Below, piece by piece: positions 1 through 11,100 of a stretch of DNA of 64,000 bases (its first letter is position 1; each line of letters begins with the position of its first letter). The notes beneath the pieces are model-generated. The model made no database searches and had not been told where the DNA came from. It worked only from the letters and a program-made list of their open reading frames with translations. Both the position numbers and the translations under genes were made by a program. Source of the DNA: an uncultured Chloroflexia bacterium (lineage in GTDB: Bacteria; Chloroflexota; Anaerolineae; B4-G1; SLSP01); the NCBI GenBank assembly GCA_963751345.1, contig CAVVUS010000011.1, positions 455,981 through 519,980 of the forward strand, in the 5' to 3' direction.

Positions 1-71
1 GAGATCTATGCCTGAGGAAACGAAGGGTATCTGGCAAGATATGCACAGCGAGGAATGGTGGGTTCATGTGA

Positions 72-566
72 TTGGAGGGTGCCCTGAGCCCTGATGAACA
101 GGAAGCTTGGGACCGGCATCTCCTGGGGTGTGTGCAGTGCCAGCGTGAGTGGGCGGCCCTGGCCTCTGTGGATGAGTTTCTGCGCCTCGCCCCGGCGCCA
201 CCCCCGCTGTCCCGCGATTTCACTGCGGTCACGGTGGAGCGGATCGCGCAGAAGCAGCGCCTGCGTCGGCTGCTAAGCTTCATCGCGGGCACGCTGATCG
301 TCGCTGTGGTCGCCGTCGTCGTGTTCGCTGCATTAGGCTATGCCTACACGTCTATGGAGAGAGGCATCGGCGCGGTGATATTCGCACGCCAGATCCTCTT
401 TCAGTCGCTTGTTCACACCCTGGTCGGGCTCATAGTGAGTTGGAAGGCAGCACTACCTTTTATCGTGGGGGCGACGGTCGCCGTCTATCTGGTGATGATG
501 CCGAACGGCTTGCTTGTGACCGCGGCGCTCTTCTGGTTATCGCGCGGTCGTCGGGTGGAAGCCTGA
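72..566 (+). CDS. Membrane-anchored zinc-binding anti-sigma factor (zf-HC2/ZAS)
   Basis: HLLGCVQC = H-x3-C-x2-C motif followed by hydrophobic TM helices. The true start is probably upstream (ATG at 8 or 41) across a frameshift. Confidence 0.75.
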   Translation: MEGALSPDEQEAWDRHLLGCVQCQREWAALASVDEFLRLAPAPPPLSRDFTAVTVERIAQKQRLRRLLSFIAGTLIVAVVAVVVFAALGYAYTSMERGIGAVIFARQILFQSLVHTLVGLIVSWKAALPFIVGATVAVYLVMMPNGLLVTAALFWLSRGRRVEA

Positions 567-603
567 CAACTCGAAACCCAAAACTGCCTTCTTGGAGGTT
601 CTG

Positions 604-1773
604 ATGAAGAGATTCACATTATTCACGATCTTGATGGTTGCAGTGGCCTGCGCCCTGGTCGCCTCGCCGGTGCTGGCGGCACCGGCGGTCGCTGCCCCCG
701 TCGCACAGGACAGCGGTGGCGTTCACTTCGGCGCTTATACACTGGATGCGGGCAACAGCGTCTCAGGCGATCTCGTTGTCCTCGGCGGCCCTGTGTTGCT
801 GCGGTCCAACTCCCAGTTCAACGGTGACCTGACCGTCTTTGGCCAGCTCAACATCGAAGAAGGCGCCACATTGGCCGGGCAGTTGGTGGTGTTCGGCTCC
901 GCAGACGTCGCGGGCACCATTGACGGCGACGTCTTTGCGATGGATTCGATCGCGTTTCAGAGCACTGCCCACGTTGGGGGGAATGTCTCTGCCGTGGGAA
1001 GCGTCGACCAGGCGCCTGGCGCCGTGATCGAGGGCCAGGTCACGCCGATTGATCGGAGCGGATGGCAGTGGCCCGGCGGGATCACCATCCCTCGCCCTTC
1101 TCCGAACCCTGTGACCGGACAGACCGGGGGCAACCAAACGCCGCGATGGCTGACGTTCCTATGGAGTGTGGTGCGTGGTGTTGCGAGTGTGGTGATCATG
1201 GGGCTGCTGGCCGCAGTGATCGCTAGCCTCTGGCCAACACAGTCGGAGAGGGCCGGCCGCGCGATCGAGGAGGCGCCGCTCGCCTCATTCGGGATCGGAC
1301 TGCTTGGGCTGATCCTTTCCTTTCTCGCTGCCGTCCTGCTGGCTATCACGATCTGCCTGAGCCCCTTCGCCGTGATCGGTCTGATCATCGTCGGTGTTGG
1401 GTTGTTGTTGGGGTGGGTGTCCCTGGGCCTGGTTCTGGGGCGCCGAATCCTGGTGGGCCTGCTGAACCAGACGACACCCTCGACGGCGGTGGCTGCGGTC
1501 GTAGGCACCGTCCTGGTTACGTCGCTCCTGGCCATCTCGCGGATCTTCGGGGTCCTCAACGGTCTTCTCGTTTTCCTGCTGGTGCCGCCTGCCGCAGGCG
1601 CCGTGATCCTCACGCGGTTCGGCTCCATGCCATATGCAACGCGGGGAAGCAACGTGACCGTCCATCCTCCGGCTTCTCTCGCGCCGCAGGCACCGGCACC
1701 TCCTCCCGCGCCGGTGGCATCGACGCCGCCTCAGGAGGAGGCCGCCCCACCGTCTGAAGCGGACGAGGCGTAG
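604..1773 (+). CDS. Bactofilin-like (polymer-forming cytoskeletal) beta-helix membrane protein
   Basis: GGAGGT RBS before ATG 604; signal peptide; G-D-L/V-V-x-x-G repeats; several C-terminal TM helices; Pro-rich tail. Confidence 0.7.
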   Translation: MKRFTLFTILMVAVACALVASPVLAAPAVAAPVAQDSGGVHFGAYTLDAGNSVSGDLVVLGGPVLLRSNSQFNGDLTVFGQLNIEEGATLAGQLVVFGSADVAGTIDGDVFAMDSIAFQSTAHVGGNVSAVGSVDQAPGAVIEGQVTPIDRSGWQWPGGITIPRPSPNPVTGQTGGNQTPRWLTFLWSVVRGVASVVIMGLLAAVIASLWPTQSERAGRAIEEAPLASFGIGLLGLILSFLAAVLLAITICLSPFAVIGLIIVGVGLLLGWVSLGLVLGRRILVGLLNQTTPSTAVAAVVGTVLVTSLLAISRIFGVLNGLLVFLLVPPAAGAVILTRFGSMPYATRGSNVTVHPPASLAPQAPAPPPAPVASTPPQEEAAPPSEADEA

Positions 1774-1824
1774 CCCTTGTAGCTCGAAGGTGCCTGGCAG
1801 TGGATGCCAGAAGCCGGAACGTTC

Positions 1825-1862
1825 AGCGGCCCGGTATCCGATCGATACCGGGCCGCTTCTTG
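1825..1862 (+). terminator. Intrinsic terminator hairpin
   Basis: AGCGGCCCGGTATC / GATACCGGGCCGCT 14-bp stem followed by a T-rich tail. Confidence 0.65.
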
Positions 1863-1929
1863 GTTGTTGGCGAGGGGCGCGGGGCTATAATCCTGCGTAA
1901 CCGTCCGATGACATGAGCGAAGGAGGGCT

Positions 1930-2661
1930 ATGGACGATCGCTACGCGCGCCAGTTGGTGATACCTGAGATCGGGGAGCCGGGTCAGGCCCGGTTGCGTTT
2001 GTCCAGGGTGCTGGTCGTCGGCGCAGGCGGCCTGGGCTCGCCCATTCTGCTCTACCTTGCCGCGGCGGGGGTGGGCGTGCTGGGCATTGCCGACAACGAC
2101 AAAGTGGGGCTCTCCAACCTCAACCGGCAGATTCTCTATACCACCGAGAACCTTGGGCGGAGCAAGGTACTGGCGGCCGTCCAGCGCGTGAGAGCGCTCA
2201 ACCCCGCCGTCAAAGCCATTCCCCACGAGGAGCGCGTGCTTCGCGAAAACGGCGTGGCGCTGGTCCGGCAGTACGACCTGGTCGTGGAGGCCAGCGACAA
2301 CCTGGAGACGAAGAGCCTGATGAATGAGCTCTGTGTCGAGGCCGCCATCCCCCTCGTCTGGGCGGCGGTGTCGCGCTTCGAGGGGCAGATGGGTGTCTAT
2401 CTGCCCGGACACGCCTGTCGTGGCTGCATCTTCCCGGAGGTTCCGGTGCCCGGCACCTATCCCTCGCCTGCCCAGCTCGGCATCGTCGGGGCCGCCGCAG
2501 GCGTGATGGGAGCTTTGGAGGCCACCGAAGCCCTCAAAGTCCTCCTGGAGATTGGCGAGCCGCTGGTAGACCGAATGCTGCTCTGGGACGGTCTCAACGC
2601 CTCGTTCGACGTGGTGACGTTCGAACGCGACCCGGCCTGTCCCGTCTGCGCAGGCCGATAG
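1930..2661 (+). CDS. HesA/MoeB/ThiF family adenylyltransferase
   Basis: RYARQL start, VVGAGGLG P-loop, SNLNRQ, two CxxC motifs (CRGC, CPVC). Confidence 0.9.
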   Translation: MDDRYARQLVIPEIGEPGQARLRLSRVLVVGAGGLGSPILLYLAAAGVGVLGIADNDKVGLSNLNRQILYTTENLGRSKVLAAVQRVRALNPAVKAIPHEERVLRENGVALVRQYDLVVEASDNLETKSLMNELCVEAAIPLVWAAVSRFEGQMGVYLPGHACRGCIFPEVPVPGTYPSPAQLGIVGAAAGVMGALEATEALKVLLEIGEPLVDRMLLWDGLNASFDVVTFERDPACPVCAGR

Positions 2662-2697
2662 GTCTCTGTGCCTGGAGTTCTGCTGCTTAGGCTGTTG

Positions 2698-2782
2698 GTG
2701 CCTGGCACCTGAAGCGCCGACACCCGCAGTCGAGAGGTCCGTCCCTTCAAGTGCCGGGGACTGCCGAAAGTCCCCGGCACTG
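2698..2782. repeat. Palindromic REP-like element (GTGCCTGGCAC...TTCAAGTGCCNGGNACT family)
   Basis: 65-nt core recurs at 43394-43458 (about 49/65 identical); a short copy lies near 1790. Includes a hairpin between convergent genes. Confidence 0.7.
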
Positions 2783-2789
2783 ATAAGCC

Positions 2790-4240
<1,451 letters not shown>

Positions 4241-4280
4241 TCAGCCTTGTCTTCTGTGGATGGTCTCGGTCGCCCGCCGC

Positions 4281-4949
4281 TCAGCCGTGATGCAGGCCGC
4301 CGGCCACCAGATGACCTTGTTCGTAGTCAATGATGCAGAATGGCTCTACGTTGATGACCTCGGTCTCCCGGTACTGCGTCTGCCATGCAGCCAGTCCATA
4401 GCGGTGGTTGTGCCCGTGCAGCAGCAGGCGCGGGCGGAACCGGCGCATCAGCCTGAGGAAGACCGCGAACCCCCGGTGCGCTCCCTGGCGACTGTCGTGA
4501 ATGCCCGCCGCCGGCGCGTGCGTGATCAGGATATCGAGATAGCGTCCGTGAATCGCGCGCATCAGCAGGAGCTGCAGAACCAGGCGCCGGGCACGCCGTC
4601 GCATCTCTGCCTCGGTGTACTGGTAGGGCTCGCCGGATGAATACCGGATCGAGCCCTCCAATCCCCCGATGATCAGGTCCAGATCCTTGGCGTAGACAAC
4701 TGCCCGGTCGACGTTCTCCCAACCGCCGGGACTGTCGACGACCTGCCCCCGTGGCAGTGTGAGCGGCTTGTCGTGGTTCCCGTGGACATAGAACGCATCG
4801 CGCACGCGGGTCTGCGTAACGACGTATTCCATGTAGTCGTAAGGCAGATCCCCACACCCTACCAGTACGTCGACGGGTCCCGTCAACTGTGGTAGGTTCG
4901 CATGATAGAGCGCGCTGCTGACCTCGTCGCTGATCGCCAGGATACGCAT
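4281..4949 (-). CDS. Calcineurin-like metallophosphoesterase
   Basis: ISD, GCGD, HGNHD, THA and HGHNH motifs. Confidence 0.85.
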   Translation of the reverse strand: MRILAISDEVSSALYHANLPQLTGPVDVLVGCGDLPYDYMEYVVTQTRVRDAFYVHGNHDKPLTLPRGQVVDSPGGWENVDRAVVYAKDLDLIIGGLEGSIRYSSGEPYQYTEAEMRRRARRLVLQLLLMRAIHGRYLDILITHAPAAGIHDSRQGAHRGFAVFLRLMRRFRPRLLLHGHNHRYGLAAWQTQYRETEVINVEPFCIIDYEQGHLVAGGLHHG

Positions 4950-4993
4950 CTGCTGCCCATTCTGTCGCGCCGATGGCGACCACGATGCTCGGC

Positions 4994-5344
4994 CTAGTCT
5001 GCTGTGCCCTCGAGGGCGGCGTCAGCCGCCTGTGCCCCCGGTCCAAAACGCCTGTAGTTTACCGCCAGCTTGTCGGCAACGGCGCCGGTGAGATCGATCC
5101 CCGTTAGATAGGCGAGCTGCAGCAGATAGAGCATCACGTCTGCTAGCTCCTCGGCAAGCGCATCCGGGTCCGCCGACTCTCCCCACTGGAAGTGCTCCAG
5201 CACCTCCGCCGCCTCGAGAGAGAGTGAGATCGCGATGTTGCGGGGCGACTGTTTGAAACGGGAGTCGGCGCGATACCACCCCATCGCCTCGACGAAGGCA
5301 TTCATCGCGTCGGTCAGCTCCTGGATGCTCTTGGCCTCACTCAT
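4994..5344 (-). CDS. MazG-like nucleotide pyrophosphohydrolase
   Basis: EAAEVLEHFQW...EELADV acidic motif. Confidence 0.85.
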   Translation of the reverse strand: MSEAKSIQELTDAMNAFVEAMGWYRADSRFKQSPRNIAISLSLEAAEVLEHFQWGESADPDALAEELADVMLYLLQLAYLTGIDLTGAVADKLAVNYRRFGPGAQAADAALEGTAD

Positions 5345-5348
5345 CCGC

Positions 5349-6849
5349 TCACCGCTTCCAGGTGCGCAGCGCCTCGACGAAGAGCCTCACGCCGAACCCC
5401 GTGCCCCCTTTGGGCGCGTAGGGCGTGGCGGTCTCGACCAGACCGAGCCCCGCGATGTCGATGTGCACCCACGGCACCCCATCGGGAGGGAACTTGCTCA
5501 GGAAGTACGCAGCCGTGATCGTGCCTGCAGGTCGCCCGCCGATGTTCTTCATGTCGGCCACGTCGCTCTTGAGTTGTTCTCCGTAAGCCTCGAAGAGGGG
5601 CAACGGCCAGACGCGCTCGCCCGTCATCTCCCCGGCCTGCCGGAGGTGTTCGATCAGAGCGTCGTCGCCCAACACGGCGGCGGCGTGAGCCCCCAGCGCG
5701 ATGATGCGGCTGCCCGTGAGCGTCGCGATGTCAAAGATCGCGTCAGGGTTGAACTCGCCGGCATAGGTGAGGGCGTCGGCGAGGATCAGCCGCCCTTCGG
5801 CGTCGGTACTGATGATCTCGACGGTCAGCCCCTTGAGAGAGCGGAACACGTCTCCCGGCTTGGTGGCCAGGCTGTCCGGCATGTTCTCGGTGACCGGTGC
5901 CAGGCCCACAACGTGCAGGGGGAGGTCCAGCAGCGCGACGGCGCGCAGGGCGCCCAGAACGGCTGCGGCGCCTCCCATATCTCCCTTCATTGCTTCCATG
6001 CCCTGGCTCGGCTTGAGCGAGATACCCCCTGTATCAAAGGTGATGCCTTTGCCCACCAGCACGATCGTTGGCAGATCGGCGCGGCCTGCATTGTGCTCGA
6101 GGATGATCATCTGCGCGGGCTCGTTCCCGCCCTGATTGACGCTGAGCAGGAGATGCATGCCCATAGCTTCCATCGTGGCCTTGTCCAATATGCGCAAAGC
6201 TCAGACCCGTAGTGTCGGCGACGGTCCGGGCCGCGTCCACCATGTGAAGCGGCGAGGCAATGTTCGCCGGTCGGTTCACCAGGTCGCGTGCCAGCGCCGT
6301 GGATTCGGCGATGATGCGCCCGGTGCGGAGAGCAGTCTCGGTGTTCGCCGGGTCCGCCGCTTGGCTAACGACGACCAGACGTTCGAGATCCGCCCGCTCG
6401 CCCTCTCGCTGCGTCTTTAGCTCGGTGAACCGGTAGCTGCCCAGCAGCGCGCCCTCGGCTGTCGCCTCGATCACACGCTCCGGCGCCTCGTCGAGACCCT
6501 CGGACATGACCGGCACGCTCAACGAGCTGAGCCCGAGGTCGCGGGCCTTGGTCGCCGCCGTCGCTGCCGCTTGCCTGACCCCATCGATCGAGAAGGCAGC
6601 TCGCTTGCCCAGCCCGACCAGGATGACCCGCTTCGCCGGAATCTGCCCGAGTGTGTAGAGCACCAGTGCCTCGTTCCGCTTGCCACGGAAATCGCCGTCT
6701 GCAATCAGCGCCGTGATCTCCTGCCCCAGCGCGCTATCCAACGCCGCCGCCTGTCCTGTCAGCGGGAGCTCCGTAGCCTCAAAAAGGCCGATCGCGACGG
6801 CGTCTGTCTGCTGCGCTTCCAGATCCTGTACACTAGCAATGATGTCCAT
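5349..6849 (-). CDS. pepA: Leucyl aminopeptidase (M17), frameshift near 6200
   Basis: VGKGITFDTGG, MKGDMGG, STDAEGRL, DIATLTG, WVHIDIAG; the N-terminal domain is in the adjacent frame. Confidence 0.93.
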
Positions 6850-7093
6850 CGAAAGACTCCCTTCGATTGTTGGTCTTCCCGGTAAGGCAATTCGCCCATT
6901 ATACCACTCCGGTCGCCGAACCTTGGCTTTGTTCGTGCCTGAGTCTGCAGGAGCAACGGATGCTGGACGACGGGCTCGCCCCCACAACAGCACTCTAACC
7001 CGCGCGGTAGCCCTGTGCAGGCAACTATGCTATAGTTTGGTATGCAATTGCGCCAATTGCCTCTACTGCCTCCTATACCGATCCGGGTGTGAG

Positions 7094-8158
7094 ATGACCG
7101 AAGATAGATCCATACTGACTCGCCGAGTTGCGGATGCCTGGCTCGAAGCCGTCACCCGCGCCAACCCCCTATTGGATGCCGATGAGGTCCGGGCGCAGCT
7201 TAGCGGCATGGCCGCTGATCTTGTTGCCATTGTGGCAGCCGGGTCGTTTGACGCCGAGGCCGCACGCGCGCTTGGCGCGCGGCTCGTCGAGCTGGACCGG
7301 CTTCAGCCTCAGGATCTCGAGCTGATGCAGCTCAGTCTCGCGCGGTCCCTGATGGGCAGTCCTGAATCCGCTGCTGGACTCCTCCCGGAGGATGCTGCGG
7401 TGCCGGACAGAGTCATGCAGGCCCTCTTGAGCCTGGCGTCCGGTTTCTACACAGCCGCCGCCCAGCGGCTGAGCGAGCGCGAGGTCGTCGCGGTCTCCAA
7501 GATCGGGCACGATCTCAAGACGCCGATTAACGCCATCACCGGATTCTCGCGCGTGATCCTGAAAGAGATGGATGGGCCGATCACGGAGCTTCAGCGTCAG
7601 GATCTCACGTCAATCTACGAATCCGGCCAGAAGCTGTTGACGATGGTCAATGACCTCTCCATCGTGCAGAAGCTGGATGCCGCCCAAACCGGCTTCCATG
7701 GGAGGCCCTTTCCGGTTGCCGATCTGCTGGCGGACGTGCTGCGCGTTACGCAGCCGGTAGCGGCGCCCCGGGACTATGTGTTCACCGTCGGAGCTGCAGG
7801 CGACCTGGGGTCCCTGGCCCTGGATGCCACGAGGGTAAGGTGGGTGCTCTTGACCCTCCTCCTGCACGCGATTCGCCATGCCGTGGCCGGTCAGATCTCC
7901 CTGATGGCCCGTCGCGATCCCCAGGACCCCGGATGGCTCGCGGTCGAGGTCTCGTACAGCGTGCCCGAGGGACTGCGCGCGTTTTCCGGGGACGTATTGG
8001 GAGCGGGAGACGGGGGTTTCGACGGGTCCTCCGACCTGGGGCTTGGCGTCTGCAGGCGATTCTGCGAGGAGCTGGGGGGGACCGTCACGCGGACAGGTGC
8101 GAGGGGCGTTACCTTCACGGTTCGTCTGCCCGGCCTGAGCACCGATCCACAGCTCTAG
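7094..8158 (+). CDS. Histidine kinase-like protein (HisKA plus degenerate HATPase)
   Basis: H-box IGHDLKTPINAITGF; C-terminal LGLGVCRRFCEELGG...FTVRLP; N and G1 boxes degenerate. Confidence 0.8.
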   Translation: MTEDRSILTRRVADAWLEAVTRANPLLDADEVRAQLSGMAADLVAIVAAGSFDAEAARALGARLVELDRLQPQDLELMQLSLARSLMGSPESAAGLLPEDAAVPDRVMQALLSLASGFYTAAAQRLSEREVVAVSKIGHDLKTPINAITGFSRVILKEMDGPITELQRQDLTSIYESGQKLLTMVNDLSIVQKLDAAQTGFHGRPFPVADLLADVLRVTQPVAAPRDYVFTVGAAGDLGSLALDATRVRWVLLTLLLHAIRHAVAGQISLMARRDPQDPGWLAVEVSYSVPEGLRAFSGDVLGAGDGGFDGSSDLGLGVCRRFCEELGGTVTRTGARGVTFTVRLPGLSTDPQL

Positions 8159-8232
8159 TTCGTGCAACTTCCGGACGACGTGCTGCGTAGATATCGATAG
8201 ACTACACAGACACAAGTCGGGAGGCACGAAAA

Positions 8233-8592
8233 GTGGAGACAAACATCAAGGTTCTGGGCTGGCTGTATATTGTACTCGGCATTCTGGGCACGCTTGTCGG
8301 TGCGCTGGTGCTGGTCATTCTTCTGGGAAGCGGACTGCTCTCGGGCGATAGGCAGGCTATGGCCATTCTCATGATCGTGGGCGCGGTCGTGGCGGGCGTA
8401 GCCGTGATCGTATCCGCACCCGGGATCGTCGTTGGTGCGGGCTTGCTCAAGTTCCGGCCTTGGGCGAGGGTCTTGGCCCTCGTGTTGGGTTTTCTGAACC
8501 TGCCGGGGTTCCCATTGGGCACGGTGCTGGGCATCTACACCTTCGTCTCGCTGCTTAACCCGGACGCGGAGGCGGTCTTCGCCGGAAACTGA
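8233..8592 (+). CDS. Small membrane protein
   Basis: Hydrophobic helices; WARVLALVLG...FPLGTVLGIYT. Confidence 0.75.
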   Translation: METNIKVLGWLYIVLGILGTLVGALVLVILLGSGLLSGDRQAMAILMIVGAVVAGVAVIVSAPGIVVGAGLLKFRPWARVLALVLGFLNLPGFPLGTVLGIYTFVSLLNPDAEAVFAGN

Positions 8593-8611
8593 TGGGCCGC
8601 TATGACATTCC

Positions 8612-8646
8612 AACACCCCCGCCGACTGCCGGCGGGGGTGTTTTCT
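8612..8646 (+). terminator. Intrinsic terminator between convergent genes
   Basis: AACACCCCCGCCG / CGGCGGGGGTGTT stem followed by T residues. Confidence 0.8.
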
Positions 8647-8673
8647 GTGCGGCCTGCGCCATCCGAAGCGCGC

Positions 8674-9897
8674 TCAGTCGGGATAGGCGTACGGTGCCAA
8701 TGCGAGCGCCGTCGTGCGTGTCAAGGCACCGGATTGCCTGACCTCGTCCAGGCCAAGCACGCCGCCGTCGGCGAAGTAGGCGAAGTCGAAATGAACCGGA
8801 TCGCCGGCGACCTTTCCCGGCAGCGGCATCAGCCGCGCGGTCAGTGGCTTCTGGAGTCGAAGCGAAAGCGCCGCCACATCGAAGAGCAGCGAGGCGATCG
8901 CCTGCTCGCTGACGTCGCCCGGCAAGGGCACGGTGTCGAGACCGGTGCCGCACACCGCCGACCACTGAAGCAGGTCGCTGACGTGCAGCCGCCCCTCGGC
9001 AGCTCGCTGCGCCAGGACGCTGTCCTCGAGGACCGGCATCATCAGCCCACAAAAACCCGTGTGAAGGAACTGGGCGCCTTGCACGGCGTCGGTCAGGGTG
9101 GCGGCCGCAGCCAACGTCCCCGGAGCGCCAAGCGGCTGCCCGGTGAGGGCCTCGAGCGCCCCCCCGATGCTGATCGCGGGGTCAGGATGCGGCGCGAGCG
9201 AGAAGTCGACGCCCAGGAATCTCACGCCGTGCGCCCGCGCGGCTCCTTGGCAGACGGTTGAGATGCCGGTGCCGTGGCTGGCGACCGCGACTCTGAGACG
9301 CCGATGTGCCTCGGCGGCATCTGCTGCGCCGCTACAGGCGGAAAGGGCCAGGTCCGCAGACTCCGTTGCGATGGCGAACGCAGGCGTCTCTTCGGTCCAA
9401 TACGCCGCCGGGAAAAACGGCGTTCCCTGCGGGACGTTCGCCAGGGCGGCGAATCGCAGATTGCCGAAGCCTCCCTCGATCCCCGCTGCCGCACGGATCA
9501 CCTGCGCAGCCCCGCGAATGGCATCCCCATCGATCGCGAGACGCCCGTCGCTGCGGCTTACGATGTGTGTGGTGGCAAAGACCGTCTCTGTGGATTCCAG
9601 AATAGCCGGGAGATACCGCAGCATACCGGTTCCTGCCGGACCCAATGCCACGTAGTCGAACCCGGCGCCCAAGGACTGAGCCTCGAGCTCGCGAACTGCC
9701 GTGACGATCTCCCCCTCGCTGCTCAACCTCTCCAGCGTCGGAAAGGCATCCGTAGCGTATCTGAGCGTCTGGACCTCATACCCTGCTTCGCTGCATATCT
9801 CTTCGACCTCCCGGGCGACCTGGCCCAAGTCGCTCATGGCCGCCGCATCGGGTGGCAACTCGGTCCTGGCGAATACTGTGATTGAGCGAATCCTCAT
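8674..9897 (-). CDS. DUF711 family protein
   Basis: MRIRSIT start with purine-rich RBS; PFFPAAY, GFCGLMMPVLED, SAVCGTGLDTVPLPGD, KPLTARLMP. Confidence 0.85.
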   Translation of the reverse strand: MRIRSITVFARTELPPDAAAMSDLGQVAREVEEICSEAGYEVQTLRYATDAFPTLERLSSEGEIVTAVRELEAQSLGAGFDYVALGPAGTGMLRYLPAILESTETVFATTHIVSRSDGRLAIDGDAIRGAAQVIRAAAGIEGGFGNLRFAALANVPQGTPFFPAAYWTEETPAFAIATESADLALSACSGAADAAEAHRRLRVAVASHGTGISTVCQGAARAHGVRFLGVDFSLAPHPDPAISIGGALEALTGQPLGAPGTLAAAATLTDAVQGAQFLHTGFCGLMMPVLEDSVLAQRAAEGRLHVSDLLQWSAVCGTGLDTVPLPGDVSEQAIASLLFDVAALSLRLQKPLTARLMPLPGKVAGDPVHFDFAYFADGGVLGLDEVRQSGALTRTTALALAPYAYPD

Positions 9898-10029
9898 CTC
9901 TCTCCCCCTCTTCCTGGCGTAACGTGCCTGGCGAACCACGGGGATTATAGACCGAATCCGCGCAGCGCAGACATGGTTTCCGCTCTCTACGGGTGCACTC
10001 CATTCCGGAGGAAAGACGGCCACAGAAGG

Positions 10030-10135
10030 TGGACCGGGCGTCTCGCCCGCTCTGGCGAGGGCGGACTGTGCGCAGGCGGTTGAGGCCACGCCGTGGCTGT
10101 ATTCGTGCGCTGGCGGGCGAGACGCCCGCGGTCCA
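10030..10135. repeat. Inverted REP-like doublet
   Basis: TGGACCGGGCGTCTCGCCCGC ... GCGGGCGAGACGCCCGCGGTCCA. Confidence 0.65.
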
Positions 10136-10373
10136 TTATTGGCGCTCACCTGGCGTCCTTAGCTTGATACGCATGGGCGAGATCCTGAGGCTGCGCTCAG
10201 AACAGGCTGCCCGCGGTCCATCATTGCTGGGCTGCCTGCCCCGATCCTCTCCACCCCCAATTGCGGCGTCGCCAACTCTCTGCTATATTAGGCATGGGCG
10301 CGGGTGCACAGTACCACCGGTCGGCCCGAGGCTCAGTTCCGTCCTATCTCTCGACCACGCAAAGGGGGTCACG

Positions 10374-11027
10374 ATGCCGGTTATAACGATTTCTCGCGAG
10401 TATGGAAGTGGGGGCACGCAGATTGCCCAGCGCCTGTGTCAGGTTCTCGGCTACAGCTACTTCGACAAGGACCTCATGGTCCAGGTCGCTGGCGAGGCGG
10501 GCGTCTCTGAGGCCAACGTGGTCGATTTCTCAGAGGACACCTACAAGATGCGCAGTTTCGTCGAGCGTCTGGTTGGCCGCCGGCGCTTGAGGACCGATGT
10601 CCCGCCTGCGAACGCCGGAGCGACCCCACTGCGGGTCGAGACGCTGAGCGAGGCCGACGGCATCAAGCTGGTCACGGACACGATTCTGGCTGCCTATGAC
10701 CGCGACAACGTGGTGATCGTGGGCCGGGGCGGGCAGGCTATCCTGCAGGAGAAGCCCGGCGTCTTGCACGTTCGGGTCATCGCGCCGCTGGGCGGGCGAG
10801 CGCTGCGCGTCAAGGAAGAGCACGACATTTCGCTGTCCGAGGCGACCGAGCTGGCTCAGACGAAGGACCAGGCTGCGGAGGCCTACCTGGAGCGTTTCTT
10901 CAATATCGACTGGGACAACCCTATGCTCTACCATTTGATCCTCAACATTGGGAAGTGGGAGATCGAGGGCGCGGCCGATGTCATCATCGGCGCGCTGACC
11001 AACCTGAAGACGCTTCCCGAGCTCTGA
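10374..11027 (+). CDS. Cytidylate kinase-like family protein
   Basis: ITISREYGSGG P-loop, VIVGRGG, YHLILN. Confidence 0.88.
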   Translation: MPVITISREYGSGGTQIAQRLCQVLGYSYFDKDLMVQVAGEAGVSEANVVDFSEDTYKMRSFVERLVGRRRLRTDVPPANAGATPLRVETLSEADGIKLVTDTILAAYDRDNVVIVGRGGQAILQEKPGVLHVRVIAPLGGRALRVKEEHDISLSEATELAQTKDQAAEAYLERFFNIDWDNPMLYHLILNIGKWEIEGAADVIIGALTNLKTLPEL

Positions 11028-11040
11028 GTTGCCCGCGGGG

Positions 11041-11098
11041 AGACCTTTGGGGTTTCCAGCCTCAGCCGATTCCTGCTCGAGCTACGAACCCCAAAGGT
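11041..11098. repeat. Palindromic element AGACCTTTGGGGTTT...AACCCCAAAGGT
   Basis: Second copy at 44945-45001; lies between convergent genes. Confidence 0.75.
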
Positions 11099-11100
11099 GC

